From positions 1-63,231 of the forward strand of contig JACRLY010000035.1 of NCBI GenBank assembly GCA_016219595.1: a stretch of 63,231 bases of DNA. Reading direction: 5' to 3'. The stretch is from Ignavibacteriota bacterium. Lineage in GTDB: Bacteria > Bacteroidota > Ignavibacteria > Kapaibacteriales > UBA2268. Each line of letters opens with the position of its first letter. The stretch's first letter is position 1. Positions 17,709 to 27,247 of this stretch are shown here, piece by piece. A program made the position numbers and the translations under genes. The notes beneath the pieces were generated by a model. That model did not search any database. It was given only the letters and a program-made list of their open reading frames with translations, and was not told the DNA's origin.

Positions 17709-20700
17709 ATGCAATTCCCGATAATAAAAGTAAAGAATAACTTTTCATTAAAAGTATTAGTAATACTTGCCTTATGTTTTTCTGTCTTTTCCGGCTTTTC
17801 AAAATCAACATCACAATCTGTATTTCAGAATAAAAGCTGGCAAATAATTAAATCAACACAGGATGAACTTATTTTAACATATACTTCTTTTCTTAGAAGC
17901 GTAGACACTATTTATACAAACGATGGAAAACAAACATTGATGCCTGTCATTGATAATGCATTTTCAGGTCAAACTCAACCAGGTATAGAAACAGAATTGT
18001 TATCGAATAAAAATATTTCTGTCCCCGGTCCGGATTGTTATCAGATTGAAGATATAAAAGTAGAAAACATATTGAAAATTCCGGGTACAATAACACCGGT
18101 TCCTGATTATTATATTGACAAATCACCCTCATACTTTATTAATGATGTATTTTATAAGACTTATAAACCTAACTGGGTAAGTATTAAGTATGAAGGCATA
18201 GCGAGGGACAGGCATATTGCTCAAATTTGTGTTACAGCAGCAAAATTTAATCCTGAAGAAAATACAATCGAAATCCCCGGTAAAATTACTATAAGAATTA
18301 AATTTAAAACACAAAATACAGAACAAAAATTCAGTACGAATATTGACCCATTATCAGCAATATCTTCTATTAATTACTCTGTTGGCAATAATTGGAGAGT
18401 CAGTCCTGAGATTTTTCACTCAAAACAGAATAACAAATTTGAAAAAAATAAGAAGTCAGACGAAATTTTATCAGAAGGGAAATGGATAAAAATAGCAGTT
18501 GATAATGAAGGTATATATAAAATTGAGCCGTCCATGCTTTCTTCACTTGGTGTGAATATTCCAAAGTCGGAAATTCCAACTATTAAAATTTACGGGAATG
18601 GTGGAAATGATTTGAGTGAAAGAGTTTCGGACGCATCAAATAATTTGATGAACGAACAGGAGATAATTGTTAAAACGTCGGGTTCCGGAGATTTATCCCA
18701 AATTATTTTTTACGGTAGTCCTGCAAACGGATTTAAATACGATACAGTATCTTCAAAATTCAGTCATTTTATAAATCATTACAGTAATATTAATTATTAC
18801 CTTATGACATGGGGTGGTGCAACAGGAAAGAGGGTAGATCCAATACCCACACCATCCGGAGAAGTAAAAAATAATCCATTAACTTATTTAAACAGAATAT
18901 TTTTCGAGGAAGAGATAAATAATCCTTTCAAAACAGGTGCAGGAAGAGTGTGGTTTGGCGGAAGTTTATTTCCCAGGGTATTCAGAACACAGCTCAATAA
19001 TCTCGACAGAAACGGTCAGGTTAAATATAGGATTTCAGTGGCACACAGGGCAGATTCGCCAGGATATTTTTCTGTTACAGAAAACGCAAAAGAATTGAGC
19101 AAAATAAATTTGATTCCAAATTATGGAGAATATGTGGATGCTACGAGCAATGTCCAGGAGTCAATTTTACCTGCATCTGATATAGCTTCCGATGATTTCA
19201 GCATATTGAAATTTTCATATTTTAATCCTAAAGGAGGAACAAATGCTATTGGATTTTTTGATTATTATGAAATCAGTTATCCAAGATATTTTATTCCAAT
19301 CAATAATGAAATTTCATTCTTTTCCGAGCCAACATTAACAGGGATAACAGAATTTTCAATAAACGGATTTTCAGGGAGCGATATTTACGGATTTGATATA
19401 AGTAATCTCAAATCTCCTAAACAAATAACAAATATTTCAAATACAGGCGGTATGTTTTTATTCAGGGAGAATCTTGATACAAACAGACCACATAAATATT
19501 TTATATCACCGGTTTTAAAAACACCAAAATTGGAAACAACAGACATCGGGTATCTGAGACAAAATCAGGAGACAGCAAATGTGATTCTGATTTGCCATCC
19601 TAGCTTGTATAATTCTGCCTTAAAATATAAGGAATACAGAGAATCACATGATACGCTGAAAGTATTAGTAGTAAGAACCGATTATATTTTTAATGAATTC
19701 GGAAGCGGAATAGCAGACCCGACAGCAATAAGGGATTTTATTTCTTATACGTTTTCCAATTGGAATGTGAAACCTACTTATATAATATTATGGGGTGACG
19801 GACATTTTGATTATAAAAATATATCATCCAAAAAAGTTAATCTGGTTCTACCTTACGAAAGTGAAGACAGTGATACATTCGATGCAGTGGCTTCTTACAC
19901 TTCGGATGATTATTTTGTCAGGGTATTCGGTGAAGATAAACTTGTTGATTTATGTATAGGAAGGATACCGATTAATTCCGATGAGCAAGGTGAATGGATA
20001 GTAAGAAAAATTGAAAAATATGAAACCGGTTCTTCAAAAGATTCATGGAGAGACTGGGTTACATTGATGGCAGATGATAGTCCAACAAGTAATAATCAAT
20101 TTGACGGATATTTACATTCCAGTCAATCCGAAACCTTATCAATGTCATATATTCCCAATGACCTAAGACAAAAGAAAATTTATCTTGCAGAATATCCAAC
20201 CGATAATTTATCAGGTGGAGGAAGAAGAAAACCTAAAGTAATGGATGCATTAGTTTCCTGGGTTAATACAAATGGAACATTGATATTAAATTGGATAGGA
20301 CATGGCAATCCCAGAGTATGGGCTCATGAGGAAGTATTCGAAAGAAGTGTGACAATACCTCAATTGACAAATATTGATAAGCAATTCTTCCTTGTCGCTG
20401 CAACATGCGATTTCGGACGTTTTGACGAGCCTGACGTAAACAGCGGCTCAGAAGATTTGTTTACAAGTGAAATCGGCGGGGCAATCGGTGTACTCGCATC
20501 GGCACGTGCAGTACTCGCAGGAGCAAATGCAGCTTTAACAAATTCATTTTACGAGTTAATGTTTACAAGAAACCCATTAACGAAACGATACAGCAGGTTA
20601 GGCGATGTAATGTTTGCATTGAAACAGGAAAAATTTTCAGATAATGATGAGAAATACCTTTTAATAGGTGACCCTACAATAAAATTACTAATACCTGATT

Positions 20701-21776
20701 ATTCCGTTAGGATTGATTCAATCAATGGAATCGATGTTACAAATGATACTGCAAAGACACAATTAAAAGCTCTCTCCGATGTACATTTATCATGTTCAAT
20801 AATTAATAATTTGACAGAATCGGTTGAAACAGGATTTGACGGACTGGCAATATTAAGTATATTAGATAGTGACGTTGGAATCCAGGCTCTTGATATAGAC
20901 GGAACCATACACAATATTCTCAAGGAAGGCGGAGCACTGAATATCAATTCAGCAAATGTTATTAATGGTAGATTCGAAGCAAATTGTATCATTCCGAAAG
21001 ATATAAGTTTTTCGAATCAACAGGGTAGAATTTATGTCTACGCATATTCAGATAATAATGAATATGCAAAAGGAATTTCCAGGTCATTTGTAATAGGTGG
21101 GGTTGATTCAACTCAATCAAACGACGGGGAAGGTCCGGTAATATCTCTTTATTTGGATTCAAGAAAATTTATACAAGGAGACTTGGTCCAGAAAAATCCA
21201 TTACTTATAGTTGATTTATTGGACAGCAGCGGGATAAACACAACCGGACTGGGAATAGGTCACAGGATTGAAGCCTGGATAGACGATAATCCTGTTGCGA
21301 TAGACTTAACCGGGAAATTTGTTACATCACCGGGTGATTTCAGGGCAGGTACCGCAGAAGATTATTTACGAAACCTCGAACCGGGAGTACATTCTGTTAA
21401 AGTGAGGGCATGGGATGTATTTAATAATTATAGTATGAACCAGACTAATTTCAGGCTCGAACCTGAAGAAAATTCAATTGTAATATCAAAGATATTATCT
21501 TATCCTAATCCTGCTGATAATAACACAATATTTAGTTTTAATCATAATATCGTACCGCCATTCTTCGTAAATATTAAAGTTTTTAATGTAATTGGTAAAG
21601 AAATTGCTGATATTTCAGGCGATATTAATTCTTTACATAATGCGGAATTAAATTGGGATTGCAGGGATTTCTCAGGAGAGGTGTTACCAATTGGAATTTA
21701 TATATACAGAATTTATGTGATAACAAACAAAGGATACCAGGGAGAGGCGACAGGGAAGCTTACAGTCTCTCATTAA
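17709..21776 (+). CDS. porU: T9SS sortase PorU (C25 gingipain-like cysteine peptidase)
   Basis: C25 signatures: PTYIILWGDGHFDYKN, LNWIGHGNPRVWAHEEVF (catalytic His region) and FFLVAATCDFGRFD (catalytic Cys). The C-terminal ~90 aa, SYPNPADNNTIFSF...IYIYRIYV..., is a T9SS-type sorting / FlgD-Ig-like domain. porV follows immediately. Confidence 0.85.
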   Translation: MQFPIIKVKNNFSLKVLVILALCFSVFSGFSKSTSQSVFQNKSWQIIKSTQDELILTYTSFLRSVDTIYTNDGKQTLMPVIDNAFSGQTQPGIETELLSNKNISVPGPDCYQIEDIKVENILKIPGTITPVPDYYIDKSPSYFINDVFYKTYKPNWVSIKYEGIARDRHIAQICVTAAKFNPEENTIEIPGKITIRIKFKTQNTEQKFSTNIDPLSAISSINYSVGNNWRVSPEIFHSKQNNKFEKNKKSDEILSEGKWIKIAVDNEGIYKIEPSMLSSLGVNIPKSEIPTIKIYGNGGNDLSERVSDASNNLMNEQEIIVKTSGSGDLSQIIFYGSPANGFKYDTVSSKFSHFINHYSNINYYLMTWGGATGKRVDPIPTPSGEVKNNPLTYLNRIFFEEEINNPFKTGAGRVWFGGSLFPRVFRTQLNNLDRNGQVKYRISVAHRADSPGYFSVTENAKELSKINLIPNYGEYVDATSNVQESILPASDIASDDFSILKFSYFNPKGGTNAIGFFDYYEISYPRYFIPINNEISFFSEPTLTGITEFSINGFSGSDIYGFDISNLKSPKQITNISNTGGMFLFRENLDTNRPHKYFISPVLKTPKLETTDIGYLRQNQETANVILICHPSLYNSALKYKEYRESHDTLKVLVVRTDYIFNEFGSGIADPTAIRDFISYTFSNWNVKPTYIILWGDGHFDYKNISSKKVNLVLPYESEDSDTFDAVASYTSDDYFVRVFGEDKLVDLCIGRIPINSDEQGEWIVRKIEKYETGSSKDSWRDWVTLMADDSPTSNNQFDGYLHSSQSETLSMSYIPNDLRQKKIYLAEYPTDNLSGGGRRKPKVMDALVSWVNTNGTLILNWIGHGNPRVWAHEEVFERSVTIPQLTNIDKQFFLVAATCDFGRFDEPDVNSGSEDLFTSEIGGAIGVLASARAVLAGANAALTNSFYELMFTRNPLTKRYSRLGDVMFALKQEKFSDNDEKYLLIGDPTIKLLIPDYSVRIDSINGIDVTNDTAKTQLKALSDVHLSCSIINNLTESVETGFDGLAILSILDSDVGIQALDIDGTIHNILKEGGALNINSANVINGRFEANCIIPKDISFSNQQGRIYVYAYSDNNEYAKGISRSFVIGGVDSTQSNDGEGPVISLYLDSRKFIQGDLVQKNPLLIVDLLDSSGINTTGLGIGHRIEAWIDDNPVAIDLTGKFVTSPGDFRAGTAEDYLRNLEPGVHSVKVRAWDVFNNYSMNQTNFRLEPEENSIVISKILSYPNPADNNTIFSFNHNIVPPFFVNIKVFNVIGKEIADISGDINSLHNAELNWDCRDFSGEVLPIGIYIYRIYVITNKGYQGEATGKLTVSH

Positions 21777-21865
21777 AAAAAGGAAAAATTAATTAATTAA
21801 TATAGACGTTAATAAATAATTGAAAAAAAGAGAAATAAAATTTTATAAATCGGAGGATGATTTAA

Positions 21866-23032
21866 ATGATTAATCAAAGGAAATTCAAATTGCTATGGCT
21901 CGTAATTATTTTATCGGGCATGACAACAGGAGCAAATTTATTTGCTCAAGCCGGAGGTGCTGCAGTACCATTCCTGTTAATATCGCCTGATGCCAGAGGT
22001 AGCGGTATGGGAGAAGTTGGCACAGCCATAGCTGATGATATTAATGCTGTTTATTGGAATCCGGCAGGATTGGGATTTCATGGGTATATCGAAGATGAAT
22101 ACAAAACTGAAAGCGACAGAACACCATACAGGCAAGTTTCACTTACATTTTCGAAATGGCTGCCTCAATTTAATGCAGACTTATTTTACAGTTACCTGAC
22201 AGCAGGGCAGTATTTTGAGGATTTGGACGGAACAGTCGCACTTAATTTTATATTCATGAATCTTGGTGAATTTACAAGGACACATGAATCGGGTGTTGTG
22301 CTCGGAAAATTCATATCCAATGAATTTGCATTGGGTTTATCCTATGGAACAATCATTGCAACTGATTTATCACTTGGTTTCCAATTGAGATATATCCAGT
22401 CAAATCTGGCACCTGCATCTGCAGGACAGCAAGGTGCAGGAACAGGAATCAGCGGTGGATTTGATTTAGGATTACTTTGGAAACCACAGGATTTAAACAT
22501 ATTCGGATGGGAAGCTCAGGATTTATTATCTCTTGGATTCAATTTGCAGAATGTCGGTCCTAAAGTAACATACAGGAATGAGTCTGATCCATTACCAACA
22601 TCATTAAGATTAGGTGCTGCATTCAATGTAGTTAAAGATGAATTTAACGATTTAAAAGTTTCATTTGATATAGCAAAGTTACTTGTAAAAAGACAAACTA
22701 ATACTTTCTATGTTGATGATACTGTGAATAATAAAATTGACACCATATACAAGACTGACTCAGACCCGTTACCTAAATCACTTATCACAGGCTGGAAAAA
22801 TCCTGGAGTTGAGTTTTCTGTCGGTACTGAATATTGGTATGAAGGTCTTGTTGCATTAAGAGCCGGATATTTTTATGAGCCAACGAGATTAGGCGGAAGG
22901 AAATTCTGGAATTTCGGAGCTGGGGTTAGATATGATATTTTCAGTCTTGATTTCAGTTTTATAAATACAATTGAAGAAAATCATCCACTAGCGAATACAA
23001 TGAGATTCTCAGTTGTTATAAATTGGAATTAA
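21866..23032 (+). CDS. porV: T9SS outer-membrane shuttle/channel protein PorV (LptO)
   Basis: Signal peptide, then AVPFLLISPDARGSGMGEVGTAIADDINAVYWNPAGLGF, the PorV/PorQ-family N-terminal motif. Beta-barrel-like alternating pattern. GGAGG RBS. Confidence 0.85.
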   Translation: MINQRKFKLLWLVIILSGMTTGANLFAQAGGAAVPFLLISPDARGSGMGEVGTAIADDINAVYWNPAGLGFHGYIEDEYKTESDRTPYRQVSLTFSKWLPQFNADLFYSYLTAGQYFEDLDGTVALNFIFMNLGEFTRTHESGVVLGKFISNEFALGLSYGTIIATDLSLGFQLRYIQSNLAPASAGQQGAGTGISGGFDLGLLWKPQDLNIFGWEAQDLLSLGFNLQNVGPKVTYRNESDPLPTSLRLGAAFNVVKDEFNDLKVSFDIAKLLVKRQTNTFYVDDTVNNKIDTIYKTDSDPLPKSLITGWKNPGVEFSVGTEYWYEGLVALRAGYFYEPTRLGGRKFWNFGAGVRYDIFSLDFSFINTIEENHPLANTMRFSVVINWN

Positions 23033-23047
23033 TAAAAATTATTTTAT

Positions 23048-23079
23048 AAAAAAGGGGAATTAAATTCCCCTTTTTTTTT
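23048..23079. terminator. Bidirectional terminator between convergent porV and the aconitase-X operon
   Basis: A6-ggggaat-taa-attcccc-T9. Confidence 0.8.
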
Positions 23080-23085
23080 CAATTG

Positions 23086-23496
23086 CTAATTTACTGTGAT
23101 AAAACCTTCATCCGTATTTATACTTATCATATCCCCGGTTTTAATTTCATTTAGGATATCAGCATCAGGTTCACACACAAAAGGAACTTTAGTCAAAATA
23201 GCACCTTCTGCAAGATTATAATCCACAGGTTTCACAGTAACCAATGCTTTTGGTGCAATCCCTTTTTTTGCCATTGTCATTAGAACAACCATTCCTCCCG
23301 ATGAACCTTTAGTATCTTTATATACTAAAATTTTATTCTTAATAAAATTTCCTTTTTCGGGATTTTCTGAAGCAATAATTTCAGATGTATTCATATCGAC
23401 ATCACCAAGAAATGAAAAGCTTCCGGGCAGAACGATTGCCTCACCAGATACATTCCCTCTAACAATTTTCCTTACTTTATAAATTTTATTACCCAT
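23086..23496 (-). CDS. Aconitase X swivel-domain protein (DUF126, AcnX small subunit)
   Basis: 136 aa. GEAIVLPGSFSFLGDVDMNTSEI...KGSSGGMVVL is the DUF126 pattern. Its start overlaps the large-subunit stop by 1 nt (TAATG). Confidence 0.75.
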   Translation of the reverse strand: MGNKIYKVRKIVRGNVSGEAIVLPGSFSFLGDVDMNTSEIIASENPEKGNFIKNKILVYKDTKGSSGGMVVLMTMAKKGIAPKALVTVKPVDYNLAEGAILTKVPFVCEPDADILNEIKTGDMISINTDEGFITVN

Positions 23497-24698
23497 TATA
23501 CGAGCCTCCCTGTTAAAGCAGATTCAATACATTTATCTATATTTGTTAATGCTGTTTTGCACCCAATCAAATCGCCAACATATCTAAGCATTTTTCCACT
23601 ATTGCATACCATAGCATCAACATTAGGAGTTTTTAAACCAAATTCCTTACAAGTGGATATTCTCATATGGCTTTCTACCGGGCAGGTATCGGTAACTACT
23701 TTAGCGCCTGCTTCCTCGATTTTTTCAACAAATCCCGAATACTCAGCTTGTTTGCGAGTCATTCTGTTGGTACAAATCCAGCAACGGACTCCATCTGCAA
23801 TTTTTTTCCCTTCAAGTTTTTCGGCAACATATCTGATTTGTTCAAGATTGTAGTGGGGACATCCTAAGTTTACAAAATCTATAATTTCTCCTTTGTCAAT
23901 ATTTGTCAATTTTTTGTAAATAGCATCGATATCATTATCTGTAACTTCATAGTAATCGGAAGGAATCTCAGCATGGAAGGCTTCTTTTGTTGTTCTTGCT
24001 TCAGGGGTTACACCCGGAATATGAAATAGTGTTACCGAGCCGGCTGTCGCGAGAGTGGAGCCTAATCCAAGCAACCATTCCTGTTTCAAATTTTTTTCCC
24101 GGATTTCTATTACAGGTACATCACTTCCAACAATTGTTCCAATATGAAAACCGAGAGCACACCACATATCATAATTCATCAATCTATCGGGAGAAATTTT
24201 TACTTTAAATAAATGTGTTCCTTTCCTGTTCTCATCAAGGAGGTAACCCATCAATGGATATTTTCCGGTTACAGCAGAAAACCTGGTGAACATTCCGCCC
24301 CTGTTGGTTCTTGCACCTAAAACGGAATTATAATAAATTATAGCACTGCTTTCGACAAGTGCGTTATATGAACCGAATGGAGGTATGAAACCAAGTAATT
24401 GCGGAGTACAAGTATACGTTTCAAGTATACCCATTTTCCTATGAGCCGGTTCAATTTTCGATTGAAGTTCAGCCAATTTTTCAGGAATTTCGGTTATATA
24501 AGGTTTTTCCAAATCGGAACATAAGGTAGAAGAAGTTGTCGGAATTTTAACTTTTACACCTGAATTTGCATAATCAACAGCATCTTCGACCATTCCTTCA
24601 TAAATACCCATTTCGGCAGGGTAATGGCAATACATAATATCAACAAGTCTATCGGCACCGAATGCTTCTCCAAATTGAATAAAGTTAATCGGGGACAT
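23496..24698 (-). CDS. Aconitase X catalytic-domain protein (DUF521, AcnX large subunit), N-terminally short
   Basis: ...FGEAFGADRLVDIMYCH... and the rest align by eye with DUF521. I place the start at ATG 24698 (MSPINF...). The ORF-track GTG 24731 would overlap the divergent regulator gene. Confidence 0.7.
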   Translation of the reverse strand: MSPINFIQFGEAFGADRLVDIMYCHYPAEMGIYEGMVEDAVDYANSGVKVKIPTTSSTLCSDLEKPYITEIPEKLAELQSKIEPAHRKMGILETYTCTPQLLGFIPPFGSYNALVESSAIIYYNSVLGARTNRGGMFTRFSAVTGKYPLMGYLLDENRKGTHLFKVKISPDRLMNYDMWCALGFHIGTIVGSDVPVIEIREKNLKQEWLLGLGSTLATAGSVTLFHIPGVTPEARTTKEAFHAEIPSDYYEVTDNDIDAIYKKLTNIDKGEIIDFVNLGCPHYNLEQIRYVAEKLEGKKIADGVRCWICTNRMTRKQAEYSGFVEKIEEAGAKVVTDTCPVESHMRISTCKEFGLKTPNVDAMVCNSGKMLRYVGDLIGCKTALTNIDKCIESALTGRLV

Positions 24699-24704
24699 TA
24701 ATAA

Positions 24705-25334
24705 ATGAGAGTGCTTATTGCGGATGACCACGCAGTAGTAAGAGAAGGGTTGAAAATGATTCTAAAAAAAATGGAATCAATAACCTTTGTGGAAGAAGCT
24801 GCGTCCGGCAATGAAGCTTATGACAAATTGGAAAATAATGAATATGATTTAGTTATTATGGATATATCGATGCCCGTACTTAGCGGACTTGATATTTTAA
24901 AGATATTTAAAGATAGAAATAAAAAGGGTAAATTTCTTATACTCAGTGTCCACAAACAGGAACAATATGCAATCCGTGCTCTGAAATTAGGTGCCTCGGG
25001 ATATATTACAAAAGATAGTGTCTACGAAGATTTAAATTATGCAATTAAAACAGTACTATCCGGGAAAAATTTTATATCTCCATCGATAACAGAGAAGATA
25101 ATATCAAATAAAAAAGGTGAGTTATCTTTATCTCCACATGAAAAATTATCCGAAAGAGAGTTTCAGATAATGTGCATGCTGGCTAAAGGTATATCCGTTA
25201 AAGAAATCTCTGTGAAACTATTTATAAGCGATAAAACAGTTAGTACCCACAGAATGAGAATACTCGATAAAATGGGGATGAAAAAGAATGCTGAACTTAC
25301 CAGCTATGCATTAAAGAATGATTTGATAGAATGA
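24705..25334 (+). CDS. NarL/FixJ-type response regulator (REC + LuxR HTH), orphan
   Basis: MRVLIADDH...DLVIMDISMP...SGYITKD is a receiver domain. LSEREFQIMCMLAKGISVKEISVKLFISDKTVSTHRMRIL is a LuxR-type HTH. No histidine kinase in the window. Confidence 0.9.
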   Translation: MRVLIADDHAVVREGLKMILKKMESITFVEEAASGNEAYDKLENNEYDLVIMDISMPVLSGLDILKIFKDRNKKGKFLILSVHKQEQYAIRALKLGASGYITKDSVYEDLNYAIKTVLSGKNFISPSITEKIISNKKGELSLSPHEKLSEREFQIMCMLAKGISVKEISVKLFISDKTVSTHRMRILDKMGMKKNAELTSYALKNDLIE

Positions 25335-25603
25335 AATAGTGAGTGGAACAGTGATCAAAGTCTATTAAATCTCTAGTACATCAAATAACAATTCTAATTC
25401 AATACTATTTATAATTGTCAGGCAAACACTTACAGACAAATCAGGTAATAACCTATATTCTCAATTTTAATACTTCATTAGATTTGCTGCGTAAATAGAA
25501 AACAGAAACAGCAGAAATAAAAAATGTATAATAATAAAACAAGAAAATTAATAACAGGGCTGATGAATAAATCTCAATTAAATTTATTTAATATGGAGGC
25601 TCT

Positions 25604-26167
25604 ATGTATTTAATTAATTCTGTACGTTTATTTATAGTTTTATTAGCATTATTCACATTAAGCTGTAGTGAAACACCTACAACAGATAATAGTGAACAGG
25701 AACCAATTCGAACATCAATCGAAAGTCCATGTGGCGAACAATATTTCAATTTATATATTGAACAATCAATTTTAGCAGGCAGGATCAGAGTAGCAAATGA
25801 TCTGGATTCACTTTATATTACTTATTATTTAGATGACCCGTATTTAGCCGAACCACAGGAAATGCATTTGTGGTTTGGATACAATGCACCAACTAAAAAG
25901 GGTACTCCAAAACAGTATCCATACAGTTCAATTAATAGTGATTACGTTAATATTTACTCTTTTACTTTAGCTTTATCAGAATTACAGCAGTACATGAACA
26001 ATGGTACATTTTATTTTATGACTTATGTGTCAGTTGTGACCCCACGTGATGGTGGACGTTACAGCAATCCGGTCGATGGATTTAGCGAAGTAATAGTTAA
26101 AACGAAATCAAAAGGTGCGTGGTACGGTTATAATAGCTATTCATTACGCGATTGTGGGGCACAATAA
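25604..26167 (+). CDS. Hypothetical lipoprotein
   Basis: 187 aa. Signal peptide with lipobox LFTLSC. GGAGG RBS. No recognisable domain. Confidence 0.6.
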   Translation: MYLINSVRLFIVLLALFTLSCSETPTTDNSEQEPIRTSIESPCGEQYFNLYIEQSILAGRIRVANDLDSLYITYYLDDPYLAEPQEMHLWFGYNAPTKKGTPKQYPYSSINSDYVNIYSFTLALSELQQYMNNGTFYFMTYVSVVTPRDGGRYSNPVDGFSEVIVKTKSKGAWYGYNSYSLRDCGAQ

Positions 26168-26219
26168 TGATAGTAATATCTGGGAAAGAACTAAAAAAAA
26201 TACACATGACAAAAAATGA

Positions 26220-26324
26220 GCAGGCTGAGATGTTGCTTAAACTTCATAAATTCGCGGGGGGAGTTTACGTTAATACTAAGTTAACCTGGTATCACATACA
26301 TTTTGATATCGCATCTCAGCCTGC
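26220..26324. other. Perfect 13-bp inverted repeat with a 79-nt spacer
   Basis: gcaggctgagatg (26220-26232) and catctcagcctgc (26312-26324). Confidence 0.8.
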
Positions 26325-26548
26325 CTTTCCTATTAAATTAAGAAAAATAACAAATTCCGCTTTATTCGAAGCTGAATCGGGAGTGTGTGACTTTATTCAA
26401 TTAATTTATTCTTTTAAGTTGTTAAGATGTTTGATATTACTGCGATACATCAGGCATTTTTACCCTATTGCCCAATACGGTATTTATGACATAAACCCTG
26501 AGCTTTTCGACCACTCCTAGGATAGGCTCTCAAGTCGAAAGTTTAAAT

Positions 26549-26579
26549 CCCCCCCCCTTTTAATAGAGGGGGGGCGGGG
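26549..26579. other. C9 ... G7cG4 homopolymer hairpin
   Basis: ccccccccc-ttttaataga-ggggggg-c-gggg. No canonical U-run on either strand immediately 3' of the stem. Confidence 0.75.
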
Positions 26580-26957
26580 TTAAAAAAAACACTTAAAAAA
26601 TCAACTTCAATAAATTCTATTCTAATATATAATCCATAATTTATTTAGCAAATATTTACATTAATAATTTGAATTCAACTGTATTATTTTTTTAATTCAT
26701 AAGAAGAGTATAATCAGACAGAACAATAAACATGTTGCAATAATCAATAGTCAAATCAAATTCTTTGTATCGTTTTAAATTCAGAGATATAGATTATATC
26801 ATTCACAAATCTTATTTAGACATTTCCATATGGAATTCAAGGAATCAATATCGAGATGAAATAATTATTTTTAAATGTAAATTGAAAGTTTATTATTTCA
26901 GTCAAGCACCGAATAGTTTTGATGATAGTCTCTGTCGAAGATTGATTTGAAAAAGGT

Positions 26958-27085
26958 TTTCATACTTCGACAACGCTCAGTATGACAGTTTGAACAATTA
27001 TGTATTACATCGACTACTCTTAGTAGATAGTTTGAACGAGATGTTATATTACGACTAAGCTTAGTATGACATTTGAAATAGATTT
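26958..27085 (+). repeat. Three degenerate tandem ~41-43-nt units
   Basis: Units: ..cttcgacaacgctcagtatgacagtttgaaca.. / ..catcgactactcttagtagatagtttgaacg.. / ..tacgactaagcttagtatgacatttgaaat... The cgac anchors lie at 26968, 27011 and 27052. Confidence 0.7.
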
Positions 27086-27191
27086 TATATGAGTTAAGAG
27101 TATTAAAAAAATTATTGAATCAATGAAATCCTCCTACTATGGCACGTTGGCAGATTAAAAAAAAATAATTATTGAGTAGTAGTAATACAAT

Positions 27192-27225
27192 AAAAAATCC
27201 CTCTCCCGAAAGGGAAGAGGGATTT
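27192..27225 (-). terminator. Rho-independent terminator of cargo gene A
   Basis: aaatccctctccc-gaaa-gggaagagggattt (one bulge). On the minus strand the stem is followed by T6. Confidence 0.75.
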
Positions 27226-27247
27226 ATAATGTGGTAATTACTCTATA

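Noticed and set aside
26152-26520. 122-aa plus-strand ORF directly after the lipoprotein gene
   Set aside because: The composition is not protein-like (e.g. LLRCLILLRYIRHFYP). It contains the perfect 13-bp inverted repeat and palindromic-element debris. It has no RBS and starts at a non-ATG codon overlapping the upstream gene. I treat the region as non-coding.
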